Position numbers and translations under genes: made by a program
Virus record (IMG/VR): IMGVR_UViG_3300037045_000348
Location: 1-58,092 of that record
Reading direction: 5' to 3' (one strand)
DNA from: a virus
Lineage: Duplodnaviria > Caudoviricetes
DNA length: 58,092 nucleotides
The notes under the pieces: generated by a model
Database searches by the model: none
Told to the model about the DNA's origin: nothing
What the model saw: only the letters and a program-made list of their open reading frames with translations
Part shown: piece by piece, positions 17,527 to 26,804 of the stretch
Position numbering within the stretch: the first letter of the stretch is position 1
Layout of the letters: each line of letters begins with the position of its first letter

Positions 17527-17815
17527 CGACGTCCAAGCGAGAATCGATGCGCTGAGCGAACGCCTGCGCTACCCCACGCGACGCAAGCCGGTCCCTAGCC
17601 CACGCGACGCGTCGAAGGCCAGGGAAGCGCGATACCGCCTGCGACGTGCGACGCTCGAGGCAGAACGCGAGGCGTGGGAACTCCTGGTGGAGGAGTGTCA
17701 CGGATGCATCGCGAGGATTGCCAGGCGGATGCACTGCGACCGGTCGACGGCTGAGCGTGCGCTCTGGGACCTCGGACTTTGGCCGGATGTTGTGCGGGAG
17801 CGAGGTGGGTTGTGA
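17519..17815 (+). CDS. Hypothetical protein with a Fis-like HTH
   Basis: GCIARIARRMHCDRSTAER. Confidence 0.5.
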   Translation: MLDDVQARIDALSERLRYPTRRKPVPSPRDASKAREARYRLRRATLEAEREAWELLVEECHGCIARIARRMHCDRSTAERALWDLGLWPDVVRERGGL

Positions 17816-18246
17816 GGCTCAAGCTCCGCGGGCCCCTGGAAAAAGACATCCAGGCCTGGATCCTGGCGTCGCTGGGCGTCGAGACTCCTCCCCGCTGGAC
17901 GGTGTCGAAGAAGACCGGTCAGGGACGATGGGTCAGAACGGGCATCTACGTCTCACGCGACGGTCGGGCGTACTGGTGGAGGGCAAACGCCGGCCAGCGC
18001 GTCTACACGACCGAGGGCGGCGGACGTGGCTTGTTCAAGGCGGCGCCGACTGGGACCGCTGACATTTTGGGCGTGTGCTGCGGTGTAGCGTGCGCACTCG
18101 AAGTTAAGCGCGAGGGGGAGACGCAGACACAGGACCAGCGCGACTGGCAGGCGATCCACGAGGCCGCCGGCGGCGTGTACGCGGTGGTTCGGTCACCCTC
18201 GGAGGCGCGGGCCGTTGTCGAGGCAGTTCGGCGGGAAGCAGCATGA
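17812..18246 (+). CDS. VRR-NUC/PD-(D/E)XK nuclease (resolvase-like)
   Basis: EKDIQ...GTADILG...LEVKR...QRDW. Confidence 0.8.
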   Translation: MRLKLRGPLEKDIQAWILASLGVETPPRWTVSKKTGQGRWVRTGIYVSRDGRAYWWRANAGQRVYTTEGGGRGLFKAAPTGTADILGVCCGVACALEVKREGETQTQDQRDWQAIHEAAGGVYAVVRSPSEARAVVEAVRREAA

Positions 18247-18542
18247 CCAAGCTCACCGACGACGAGATCGAACGGCAGGCAAAGGACCGAGCGCATCTCG
18301 AGCCCGACCCTGTGCTCTGCCGGGAAGACGGGTTCGTCTGCACGGCGTGTGGAGACTCCAGGCAGGTGGACGTGGCTTTGGGTCTGCCGTGGGATTGGAT
18401 GGGGGACCACAGGCGAAGCGCCTGCCAGAGGCGAGCCCAAGCCGTCGCCAAGGCGCGACCTGGGAACGGATCGACCTTGGACCCGTCGGGAGGGTCTCGA
18501 CGCGTAGCAAGGGCAAAGGATTCGAAGGACGGGCAAGCATGA
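18243..18542 (+). CDS. Hypothetical protein
   Basis: Coupled ORF. Confidence 0.55.
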   Translation: MTKLTDDEIERQAKDRAHLEPDPVLCREDGFVCTACGDSRQVDVALGLPWDWMGDHRRSACQRRAQAVAKARPGNGSTLDPSGGSRRVARAKDSKDGQA

Positions 18543-18733
18543 TCGAAATTCGACAACGTGGGCAGGTTACCGAGATCCACATCGACCACTCCGCGAGACG
18601 TCTTGCTGGAGCGATCGTGCGCACCTGTCCCCAGGGCGAGGAACTGATCGACCTCGGATGCGTCGTTAGGCTGGTGGTGCACGGAACCCAGGCAGAGCCC
18701 GTGGCGCCCCATGTCCCGGTGGAGGAGCGATGA
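18539..18733 (+). CDS. Hypothetical protein
   Basis: Coupled ORF. Confidence 0.5.
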   Translation: MIEIRQRGQVTEIHIDHSARRLAGAIVRTCPQGEELIDLGCVVRLVVHGTQAEPVAPHVPVEER

Positions 18734-19323
18734 GCACAGACGATCTGCTGGAGCTCGAGTGGTACTTCGGAGGCGGAGCCGAGGCCGACCTCGGAGCGAG
18801 GTCAATTCAGGGGGGCTTCGAGGCAACCATGCAGCGACTGTCCCTCGGCGGATCTCGACAGGATGCGCACGAGCAGTGGGTGGAGGGCAAGCCCGTGTGG
18901 GTGGCCGCGCAGCAATCGGCTCACGAGACCCGGTCCACGTACGCGGCCAGCGACGACGCGCTCGAGAGGCTCCACAACAGGCGCGGCAAGCTTGCCGATG
19001 CACGGCGGATCTTTGCCCGAGTGCGGAAGCTCTCACGCAGGGATCGGGCTGTGCTCGAGCTGCAGTTTGGCGACGCATCCCGCTTGTGCGGCGTCTCGAT
19101 CGCCCTGCTGTGCCATGTGGAAAGCGTGCAGCAAGCCGTTGCGACGGTGAACAGCAGGCGAGCTCGCAAGCACCGTCCACCGCTCGGACCCCGGGAAGCC
19201 TTGGAGGCGCTGGCCACGTCCACAACCGCAGCAGACGCGGCCCTGGTCGTGGAACTCGTGCGATCGGCTCGCATCATGCTCACCTCAGCACTGGAGGCGT
19301 ACTATGCTCGATCTCGAGGCTGA
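18730..19323 (+). CDS. Hypothetical protein, possible late-transcription regulator
   Basis: SD GGAGGAG; position before the late genes; LSRRDRAVLELQF resembles the lead-in to sigma region 4. Confidence 0.45.
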   Translation: MSTDDLLELEWYFGGGAEADLGARSIQGGFEATMQRLSLGGSRQDAHEQWVEGKPVWVAAQQSAHETRSTYAASDDALERLHNRRGKLADARRIFARVRKLSRRDRAVLELQFGDASRLCGVSIALLCHVESVQQAVATVNSRRARKHRPPLGPREALEALATSTTAADAALVVELVRSARIMLTSALEAYYARSRG

Positions 19324-19645
19324 AGTACTCGAGGAGTTCTGCGAGGCCGGAGCCGTCGCGAGACAGGATCGCTTCGAGGCGGAGGCCAGGTACGTCGCAG
19401 AGCGATCCGAGGAAGAGCGAGAGCGGGATCGGGAGCGGAAGGCGGACCGACGCGACATGCGAGCCATCCTGGCCGAGCTCCGACGCCTCGAGGGAATCGA
19501 GGAGCGGTTCTGTGCGTGCGGATGTGGCCGCATATTCCCTGTCAACGTCGGACCAGGACGGCCGCAGGAATATGCGACAGTGACATGCAGGGTGCGCGCA
19601 TGTATCCGATCCAAGTTGAAAAGACGGAAAAGCGAGGGAACGTAA
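19304..19645 (+). CDS. Hypothetical protein with a Zn-finger-like C-terminus
   Basis: CACGCG...GRPQEY...C. Confidence 0.5.
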   Translation: MLDLEAEVLEEFCEAGAVARQDRFEAEARYVAERSEEERERDRERKADRRDMRAILAELRRLEGIEERFCACGCGRIFPVNVGPGRPQEYATVTCRVRACIRSKLKRRKSEGT

Positions 19646-19983
19646 TTGTGTCCCACCCTTACAGTAGGACTTCGTGTCTCCGGGAGAGGGGGTAGGGGGT
19701 GAGGGTGACCGGACGGGCGAAGCCCGGACGGAGTAACTCGCGCTCCGGCGCAGCCGGGAGAAACGGCGTCAACCTCTTCCACAGACACGATCGCGCGAGG
19801 CGACGAGGACGGGTGGTGAGCTGTATCGCGTGCGGCTCGCCCCTCGTCCCCGGCGCCTCATCAGCGTCGGGTCTCCTTCCCTCCCCGGGTCGTACCAGGC
19901 CGGCCCAAACCCGCAAAGCGCTGCAGCCTCCCGGCGCTCAGGGAGCCTGGTATTGATTCCGCTGCCCTGCTACGGTTCAGCCG

Positions 19984-20202
19984 ATGGCGGTGCTCGAACA
20001 TGACGTGGATGTCGGAATCGTGTGCAGGTGCGTCGCCTGCAGAACCGAAGCCGACATCGATCGGCTCGAGCGCGCGAACGCGAAGATTTCGCGCGAGATG
20101 AAAGTTGACGGGCGGACGGTGTTTGAGTTGGAGGTCGAAGACCCGATGGCGGCGTGCCGATGTGGGAGCCGGCGGTTCACTTTTCGGTGGTCGTGGGGTT
20201 GA
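19984..20202 (+). CDS. Hypothetical Zn-ribbon protein
   Basis: CVAC...CRCG. Confidence 0.45.
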   Translation: MAVLEHDVDVGIVCRCVACRTEADIDRLERANAKISREMKVDGRTVFELEVEDPMAACRCGSRRFTFRWSWG

Positions 20203-20221
20203 CGTACGGACGAATTGACAG

Positions 20222-20740
20222 ATGACGCAGAAGACGATGGCGACGAAGACCAAGCCGAAGCCGAAGACGACCAAGGTCACGCCAATAACGCTGCGCACGA
20301 TGGACCGGGCCGCGAAGGCGCTCGAGATGAAGCGTGATGGCGCCACGTACGACGCCATCGGCAAGAAGCTCGGCATAACCAGGCAGGCCGCGTGGAAGCT
20401 CATCCAGAATCGGTTCGCGGATATTCGGAAGCAGACCGAGGAGTCCGCTGAGGATGTGCGGGATCAACAGCTCATGCGTCTGGACGGGTTTCTCTTCGCT
20501 CTGCGTGGAAAGGTGAAGCGAGGGGACCCTCGGGCCATCGATTCAGCGCTGCGTATCGAGGACAGGCGAGCCAAGCTGCTCGGACTGGACGCCCCATCGC
20601 GAACAGAGGTGAGTGGTCCCGACGGTGGAGCAATCGAAATCGAAGACGCCCGTGGACAGCTCGCCGAAGCGCTTGCGCGACTTGCTCCGCAGGATGAGCC
20701 CGAGCCAGGTCCGTCAGGCGATAGCGACGCTGCCGGATGA
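20222..20740 (+). CDS. terS: Terminase small subunit
   Basis: N-terminal HTH, RRAKLLGLDAP, EVSGPDGGAI; directly upstream of terL. Confidence 0.8.
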   Translation: MTQKTMATKTKPKPKTTKVTPITLRTMDRAAKALEMKRDGATYDAIGKKLGITRQAAWKLIQNRFADIRKQTEESAEDVRDQQLMRLDGFLFALRGKVKRGDPRAIDSALRIEDRRAKLLGLDAPSRTEVSGPDGGAIEIEDARGQLAEALARLAPQDEPEPGPSGDSDAAG

Positions 20741-22742
20741 ATCGGCGCGAGTTCTTCTCTACGATTGGCGAGGTGTCTGGGCGCGGGAGCAACAGCTTCC
20801 GCCCGATTGGGCCTGGGTCATCTGGCTCATTCTTGCGGGACGAGGGTACGGCAAGACAAGAACCGGGGCGGAGTGGGTCCGTGACCGAGTAGAGTCCGGC
20901 CAGGGCAAGCGACTCATCATCGCGGGGCCCACGTCCGACGACATCCGGGACATCATGATTGAGGGGGAGTCCGGCCTTCTGGCCGTTTCCCCGCTGTGGA
21001 ACAAGCCCATCTACCTGGCGAACAAGAGTCAGGTGGTGTGGCCGAAGTGTGGAGCCAAGGCGCTGTGTATCACGGCGGAGAAGCCGGACAGGTTTCGCGG
21101 GAAGCAGTGTTTCGTTGCTGGGACGATGGTCGCCACATCACGAGGCGATGTCCCAATTGAGAGAGTTGTTGCTGGCGACAAGGTTCTCACGCGTCATGGA
21201 TATTTCAGCGTGTCGAACCTCATGTCGTCGGTGGCCGAAGTCGGCCGAGTCTTGTTTTCGGACGGGACGTCGCTTGTTGGCACGCGTGACCACCCTGTGT
21301 GGTCGGGAGGCGATTGGTGGGAACTGGGGTACCTATCTGCGGGGTCGAAAACGTGGTCTGGAGAGTTGGGACGAACGGCTACGTCATCGGGTACGCCGAC
21401 GGGAAGCATTGCATCCAGCACCGCGTCATTTGGGAGCAGAATTACGGTCCCATACCCGACGGATGGCACGTGCACCACAAGGACGGGGACAGGGCGAACA
21501 ATGCCCTGTCAAACCTCGAATGCATCCCCCAGCGGATTCACTACGACCGACATATCGACAGTAGAGAGTGGAAAGACGTCGTTTGCTCCGAGTGCGGTAG
21601 AACCTACACAAGAGCGCGACGAGGCAGCGGCGTGTGTCCCTCGTGCCAACAGGCAAGAGCGGACGCTGCACGATCGAGGAACGAAAAGATTTGTCTCTAC
21701 TGTGGAAGGGCGTTTCTTACTCGCTCTGGCCGATACTGTTCGCAGCGTTGTGTCAACCTGGGAGCACGTTGGGGCAAGGCGGGTCTTCAACCTGACAGTT
21801 GAAGGGTGCCACGAGTACTTCGCGAACGGCGTGCTCGTTCACAACTGCGATTCGTTCTGGGCAGACGAACTCGCGAGCTGGCGATATCCGGACGCCTGGA
21901 ATCAGCTACAGCTCGGGTTCCGGCTCGGGACGAATCCGCAGGGCATCGTCACCACTACCCCGCGGCCAACTCTGCTGATCAAGAAGCTGGTAGCGAGAGC
22001 TGGGCAAGACGTCGCGATGACGCGCGGCACGACCTACGACAACCGAGCGAACCTCGCAAAACAGTTTCTGGAACAGATCATTCGCGAGTATGAGGGGACG
22101 AGGCTGGGCAGGCAGGAGCTCGAGGCCGAAATCCTCGAGGACAACCCGAACGCCCTTTGGGCTCGTGCGCGCATTGACGACTTGCGCGTCATGTCGCGCG
22201 AGGGCCTGCCTCAGATGCGCAGGGTCGTGGTTGCGATCGACCCCGCGGTGTCGACCAACCCGCGCAGCAACGAGACAGGCATCATCGTTGTGGGCCTCGG
22301 CGAGGATGGGCACGCATACGTACTCGACGATCTGTCCGGCATCTACTCCCCAGCCCAGTGGGCCGCACGGGCGATTGAAGCATTCGACAGGTGGGAAGCC
22401 GACTACATCGTCGGCGAGGTCAACAATGGCGGCGACCTCGTTGAGCGAAACGTGCAGGTGGAACGAGACGACGCGCCACCGTTCAAGTCGGTGCACGCCT
22501 CTCGAGGCAAGCAGGTCCGCGCAGACCCGATCTCGACACTGTACGAGCAGGGCAGGGTCCACCACCTCGGCATCCTGGGTCGTCTCGAGGACCAGATGTG
22601 CGGGTGGGACCCGGCAAATGATGATGATTCTCCAGACAGGGTGGATGCTCTGGTTTGGGGCGTCACGTTCCTGGACCTGAATAAGAAGCTGCAGGACTAC
22701 GACGGAATTCGTCGTGGAAGACGAAGCGCGAGAGGACGATGA
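20694..22742 (+). CDS. terL: Terminase large subunit containing an intein
   Basis: AGRGYGKT Walker A, FWADE Walker B, VTTTP, AIDPA, DRVDA nuclease motifs. Confidence 0.95.
   Translation: MSPSQVRQAIATLPDESARVLLYDWRGVWAREQQLPPDWAWVIWLILAGRGYGKTRTGAEWVRDRVESGQGKRLIIAGPTSDDIRDIMIEGESGLLAVSPLWNKPIYLANKSQVVWPKCGAKALCITAEKPDRFRGKQCFVAGTMVATSRGDVPIERVVAGDKVLTRHGYFSVSNLMSSVAEVGRVLFSDGTSLVGTRDHPVWSGGDWWELGYLSAGSKTWSGELGRTATSSGTPTGSIASSTASFGSRITVPYPTDGTCTTRTGTGRTMPCQTSNASPSGFTTTDISTVESGKTSFAPSAVEPTQERDEAAACVPRANRQERTLHDRGTKRFVSTVEGRFLLALADTVRSVVSTWEHVGARRVFNLTVEGCHEYFANGVLVHNCDSFWADELASWRYPDAWNQLQLGFRLGTNPQGIVTTTPRPTLLIKKLVARAGQDVAMTRGTTYDNRANLAKQFLEQIIREYEGTRLGRQELEAEILEDNPNALWARARIDDLRVMSREGLPQMRRVVVAIDPAVSTNPRSNETGIIVVGLGEDGHAYVLDDLSGIYSPAQWAARAIEAFDRWEADYIVGEVNNGGDLVERNVQVERDDAPPFKSVHASRGKQVRADPISTLYEQGRVHHLGILGRLEDQMCGWDPANDDDSPDRVDALVWGVTFLDLNKKLQDYDGIRRGRRSARGR
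21108..21845 (+). mobile_element. Intein (246 aa) in TerL
   Basis: Begins CFVAGTMV (block A), has TRDHPV (block B), ends VFNLTVEGCHEYFANGVLVHN followed by Cys+1. Confidence 0.95.
21317..21802 (+). CDS. HNH homing endonuclease with C-terminal Zn ribbons, nested in a different frame inside the intein
   Basis: HRVIWEQNYGPIPDGWHVHHKDGDRANNALSNLEC; SD GGGAGG at 21305-21310 before GTG 21317. Confidence 0.85.
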   Translation: MGTGVPICGVENVVWRVGTNGYVIGYADGKHCIQHRVIWEQNYGPIPDGWHVHHKDGDRANNALSNLECIPQRIHYDRHIDSREWKDVVCSECGRTYTRARRGSGVCPSCQQARADAARSRNEKICLYCGRAFLTRSGRYCSQRCVNLGARWGKAGLQPDS

Positions 22743-24400
22743 GCTGGCGAGACCAAACAAGCAAGACGCTCACCCGATTGGGGAAGCGTGTGCTTGCCAT
22801 CGCCAGCGCCGTGAGCCTCGCCTCCTCCCCGGCGCCAAGGCTCCAGAAGTCCACCCCGTATGAGGAGGACTCGCCGAGAGCTTCCGCGGTGGAGTGGAAT
22901 CCCCGGCTCATCAAGCAGGCCGAGCGGATGGCAGACGGCGGGTCGCTTCGCCTCGCGGCCCAGCTCTGTGACCAGATCCTCGCGGATGACCGGGTATCCG
23001 GGTGTCTGCGGGAGGTCAGGGTCCGCGGGCTTCTCGGCCTACCCGTCTCGTTCGAGCCGCCGAATGAGGACACAGCTTCCCCGGTCGACGAACTCGCCGA
23101 AGACTGGTGGCAGATGGTCCCAGAGGACACTCTATCCGAGTGGATGGAGTGGGGAATCATCCTCGGCATCGGTGTCGGGCGGGTGGCGAGTTGGGAGCGT
23201 GTGGAGCAGCCGAGCGGAGTCCGCTTGCTGCCGCACCGAGACGATGGGACGGTGGGGTTTGATGTCATCCACCCATCCGCTCTCCGATACGACTTCGAGC
23301 AGAAGGCCTGGTTCGCGAAGCAGAAGTCCGGGGATGAGGTGCGAGTCACCCCGGGAGATGGCACGTGGGTCGTGTACATGCCGTACGGGGCCAAGCGCCC
23401 GTGGACCCGCGGGGCATTCCGCAGCCTTGCCAGGTGGTGGCTGCTCAAGAGCTACGCAGTAGGCGACTGGGGGCGGTACTCGGAGCGCCACGGGCAAGGG
23501 CTGCTCGTCGGCCACGCCCCGGCCGAGGCGCGCAAGGCCGATCGCGACGAGCTCGCGGCGGACCTGCAGGATCTGGGGCGGGAGACCTCGATCGCGCTGC
23601 CCCCCGGCTACGATCTGAAGCTTGTCGAGGCGGAGGCGAATACCTGGGAGACATTCAAGGCCCAGGTGGAGATGGCAAACACCGCCATCGCCATTCGCAT
23701 CCTTGGACAGAACCTGTCCACCGAAATACAAGGTGGAAGCTACGCCGCAGCCGAAATCCACAAGGCGGTTGCGGCCTCGATCATCCGCGCAGATGACGAG
23801 ACCAGCGCCACCACCCTCCGCTCTCAGCTCATCTGGTGGTGGACGGTATTCAACTTCGGAGACGGTCGGAAGGCCCCATGGCCGAAGCGGGACACGACGC
23901 CTCCGGCCGACACCTCCGCCCTCGCAAAGACCCTGATCGACGCCGCGGACGCGCTTGAGAAATGGACAGCGATGGGGGCACCGGTAGATAACGAGGCTTT
24001 CGCGAGGACGTTTCGAGTACCCCTCGTCGATGGCAAGGCGTGGGAAGTCCGAACTCCGATCTACTCTCCCAGTTCGCCACAGACTCTCGTGCAGAAGCGC
24101 CTCGCCTCTGGAGACAACCCCGCGGATGCGACCGGCGCCATTCGCGGCCAGTCCTTCGTGGACACTGTGGGCGCGGGAGCGGTGCAGTCTGCGGCAGCGG
24201 CGATCGAGCCTGGCGTTGCCGAGTTGCTCGAAATCATCGAGGGTCTGGAGGACGGGGCAGATTGGCCGGACAGGCTGAGATCCACCCTCACGCGCCACTA
24301 CGAACAAACCAACAACCCTTCTGCCCTCGAGTCGCTGGTGCACAAGGCGATGATTCTGGGGGAGCTCGCCGGCAGAGTAGCCGTCGTCGAGGACCTGTAA
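22739..24400 (+). CDS. Portal protein (Mu gp29/DUF935-like)
   Basis: After terL; DWGRYSERHG, ILGQNLSTE..GGSYAAAEIH. Confidence 0.85.
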   Translation: MSWRDQTSKTLTRLGKRVLAIASAVSLASSPAPRLQKSTPYEEDSPRASAVEWNPRLIKQAERMADGGSLRLAAQLCDQILADDRVSGCLREVRVRGLLGLPVSFEPPNEDTASPVDELAEDWWQMVPEDTLSEWMEWGIILGIGVGRVASWERVEQPSGVRLLPHRDDGTVGFDVIHPSALRYDFEQKAWFAKQKSGDEVRVTPGDGTWVVYMPYGAKRPWTRGAFRSLARWWLLKSYAVGDWGRYSERHGQGLLVGHAPAEARKADRDELAADLQDLGRETSIALPPGYDLKLVEAEANTWETFKAQVEMANTAIAIRILGQNLSTEIQGGSYAAAEIHKAVAASIIRADDETSATTLRSQLIWWWTVFNFGDGRKAPWPKRDTTPPADTSALAKTLIDAADALEKWTAMGAPVDNEAFARTFRVPLVDGKAWEVRTPIYSPSSPQTLVQKRLASGDNPADATGAIRGQSFVDTVGAGAVQSAAAAIEPGVAELLEIIEGLEDGADWPDRLRSTLTRHYEQTNNPSALESLVHKAMILGELAGRVAVVEDL

Positions 24401-24410
24401 GGAGCACACC

Positions 24411-24827
24411 ATGGCCGACAAGACCGCAACGTTTTCCATCGCGCTGTCCTTTCCCAATTCCGCCGGGGCCGTTGCCTCTGCGCCGACCCAGGTCGTTGCC
24501 GTTCCGTACCAGGCCATGACATACGGGGAACTCGACATCCCCGACGCCATGGCGGCCAGCGAAGAGCTCACGATCTCGCTTGGTGGCATTGACACGGCGG
24601 TGACCGGCCTTGTGCTCAAGAACGAGTCTGGGCAGGAGCTGGAGATCGAGTTCGGAGGAGCTGCGGCCAAGTCGTTCAGTTTGCCTACTGGCGGGCTGAT
24701 GGTGGTTGCCGTCCCGTCCGCGCCCGCGGAGACGCCTATTACTGCGCTTACGGTCACCACCAGTGCCGAGCAGGATGGCGCTGGCATCGTGAAGTACTGG
24801 GCCTTCGGCGACCCGACCGGGGTGTGA
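24411..24827 (+). CDS. Hypothetical beta-rich virion protein
   Basis: SD AAGGAG; lies between portal and MuF. Confidence 0.6.
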   Translation: MADKTATFSIALSFPNSAGAVASAPTQVVAVPYQAMTYGELDIPDAMAASEELTISLGGIDTAVTGLVLKNESGQELEIEFGGAAAKSFSLPTGGLMVVAVPSAPAETPITALTVTTSAEQDGAGIVKYWAFGDPTGV

Positions 24828-24830
24828 TGA

Positions 24831-26405
24831 ATGGCTGCGCCGTGGGCCGCATCGACTGACGTGGAGGAGTTCTCCGCGGCCGCAGCGTGGCTCCTGGCGC
24901 GGGCCCCAGTGACGAAGTCGGTTTGGGATACGCTGGACGAAGAAGCCCAGCGCCGTGCGTTCACGGTCGCAGGCGTGGCGCAAGCCGACCTACTGCGTGA
25001 CGTGCTGCTGGCCTTGGACCGGGCGGTGGCGAACGGCACGACGCTCGAGGACTTCAAGCGAGACGTCGGGCAGCAGCTCATCGACGCGTGGGCCGGGAGC
25101 GTGCCGAACCCTGCGTGGAGGCTCGAGACCATCTTCCGGACCAACGCGCAAGCCGCGTACAACGCCGGAAGGTTCAAGCAGCAGTCCGATCCGGCCATCG
25201 TGAAGGTCCGGCCCTTCTGGCAGTTCGACGCCGTCCTCGACAACCGCACGTCGCTGATGTGCGAGAAGTCGGACGGCACAGTGCTCCCGCACCACCACCC
25301 GTGGTGGAAGGAGCACTACCCGCCCCTCCACTTTGGCTGCCGATCGATCGTCAGATCGCTCAGGCGGTCGCAGGCGGAGACCAAGGGCATCACGGATAAG
25401 CCCACTGACGAGCCGGCACAGGACGGCTTCGGGCTGGTTCCAGGGGCATCCGAGTGGAAGCCCGACACGAAGAAGTACCCGCCGGACATCCGCAAGGAGC
25501 TCGAGGGACGCCTCAAAAGGACCGGAAAGCCGCGCTCAACGCCCAAGCCAAAGGCGGAGAAGCCGAAACCGCAGCCCAAGGCGAAGGAGCCGAAGCCCGA
25601 ACACACGGCTGCGCACTGGGAGAAGAGCTTCGCTCACCTGGGAGACGCCGCGCGAGCCGCAGCCTGGGGCAGAGCCTCTCAGGAGCGCGGGCTGGACATG
25701 ACAGCCGAGCGGGCTGCGGAGCTCGTGCGGGTACATGGGCTCGCAAAGCACGTTGGGGCCGGCGACAAGTTTGCTGAGATAGAGGCCATGGCCAAGTCCT
25801 TCCCGAACAAGCCGATCCGGGACCTTGGCGTGAAGCATTCCGAACCGATGGCTGCCCTCCTGGGGCATCTTGATGGCGTCAAGGCGAAGCCCGGCACGGC
25901 CGTCATGGTGAAGGTGACCGGCAAGGGCCCCAAGGCCGAGCTCGATGCGGCGAAGGCCTGGCTGGACGCTCACCTCGACAGCGACGTCAACACGAAAGCC
26001 GTACTCCGATGGCTACGGCCGACGAAGCGCGCGTCCTGTGACATCTTGTCCTCGACTCCGGTCGTCAAGGCCTACAACCTGCGGTCGATTCTGCACGAGT
26101 GGGGTCACGCGATCGAGGTGAACAACCCAGCGATCCTCAAGTCTGCCAAGGCGCTGTTCGAGGCCAGGACCGCGGGAGAGGCAATAAAGAGCCTTCGATC
26201 CCTCACTGGCAAGGCGTACAAGCTCAGCGAGATGGCGAAGAGGGACATGTGGTTCGACCCGTACTGTGGAAGGGTATACGGCTTCGACGCCACGGAATTG
26301 CTCTCGATGGGCATTGAGCACCTGGCGCGGGACCCATTCTGGACTTACCATCTGGATCGTGAGCACTTCTGGTGGGTGCTTGGGTGTCTCGGAGGTTCAG
26401 CGTGA
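24831..26405 (+). CDS. MuF/gp30 head morphogenesis protein with a C-terminal HExxH metallopeptidase-like extension
   Basis: RAFTVAG, LETIFRTN..AYNAGR, PPLHFGCRS; Lys/Pro linker; LHEWGH...TELLSMG. Confidence 0.85.
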   Translation: MAAPWAASTDVEEFSAAAAWLLARAPVTKSVWDTLDEEAQRRAFTVAGVAQADLLRDVLLALDRAVANGTTLEDFKRDVGQQLIDAWAGSVPNPAWRLETIFRTNAQAAYNAGRFKQQSDPAIVKVRPFWQFDAVLDNRTSLMCEKSDGTVLPHHHPWWKEHYPPLHFGCRSIVRSLRRSQAETKGITDKPTDEPAQDGFGLVPGASEWKPDTKKYPPDIRKELEGRLKRTGKPRSTPKPKAEKPKPQPKAKEPKPEHTAAHWEKSFAHLGDAARAAAWGRASQERGLDMTAERAAELVRVHGLAKHVGAGDKFAEIEAMAKSFPNKPIRDLGVKHSEPMAALLGHLDGVKAKPGTAVMVKVTGKGPKAELDAAKAWLDAHLDSDVNTKAVLRWLRPTKRASCDILSSTPVVKAYNLRSILHEWGHAIEVNNPAILKSAKALFEARTAGEAIKSLRSLTGKAYKLSEMAKRDMWFDPYCGRVYGFDATELLSMGIEHLARDPFWTYHLDREHFWWVLGCLGGSA

Positions 26406-26737
26406 TTCATCGGTGGCGGTTCGAAGACGGCACATCGGTTCGGTGGACGGACCGAGGTAGCGTGCTTGTCTCCGGCACAGGGCCGATGGCCGAGAGTGTC
26501 CGGATGGGCATCGATTTTGGCGCTCCTGTGGGAGTTGGACCGGCCCCAGACGGAGACGTCCGACTGGACCCGCTCAGTGTGTGGCTCCTGCACAAGTTCC
26601 TGGAGCAAGAGGCGCGCAGGCTCGGGGCAAACCTCGTGGAAACGACCTACGTGCCAACCGAGCAGGACATCCCTCCGAAGGCTGAGGAGATCCTGGCGAG
26701 GGATTCCGGGGAAGACTCCCCCGGCACCGTATTCTGA
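26402..26737 (+). CDS. Small protein coupled to MuF, candidate immunity protein
   Basis: GTGA overlap with the MuF stop. Confidence 0.55.
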   Translation: MIHRWRFEDGTSVRWTDRGSVLVSGTGPMAESVRMGIDFGAPVGVGPAPDGDVRLDPLSVWLLHKFLEQEARRLGANLVETTYVPTEQDIPPKAEEILARDSGEDSPGTVF

Positions 26738-26804
26738 CAGACGCCAATCGTTGAAGCGAAACCGCCCGGCCGTGAGCTGGGCGGTCGTCATTTGGGGACA
26801 ATCC

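Noticed and set aside
21299-21802. A single sequencing frameshift as the reason the HNH is out of frame
   Set aside because: The TerL/intein frame is uninterrupted from start to stop, so two compensating errors would be needed; the HNH ORF also has its own SD, start and stop
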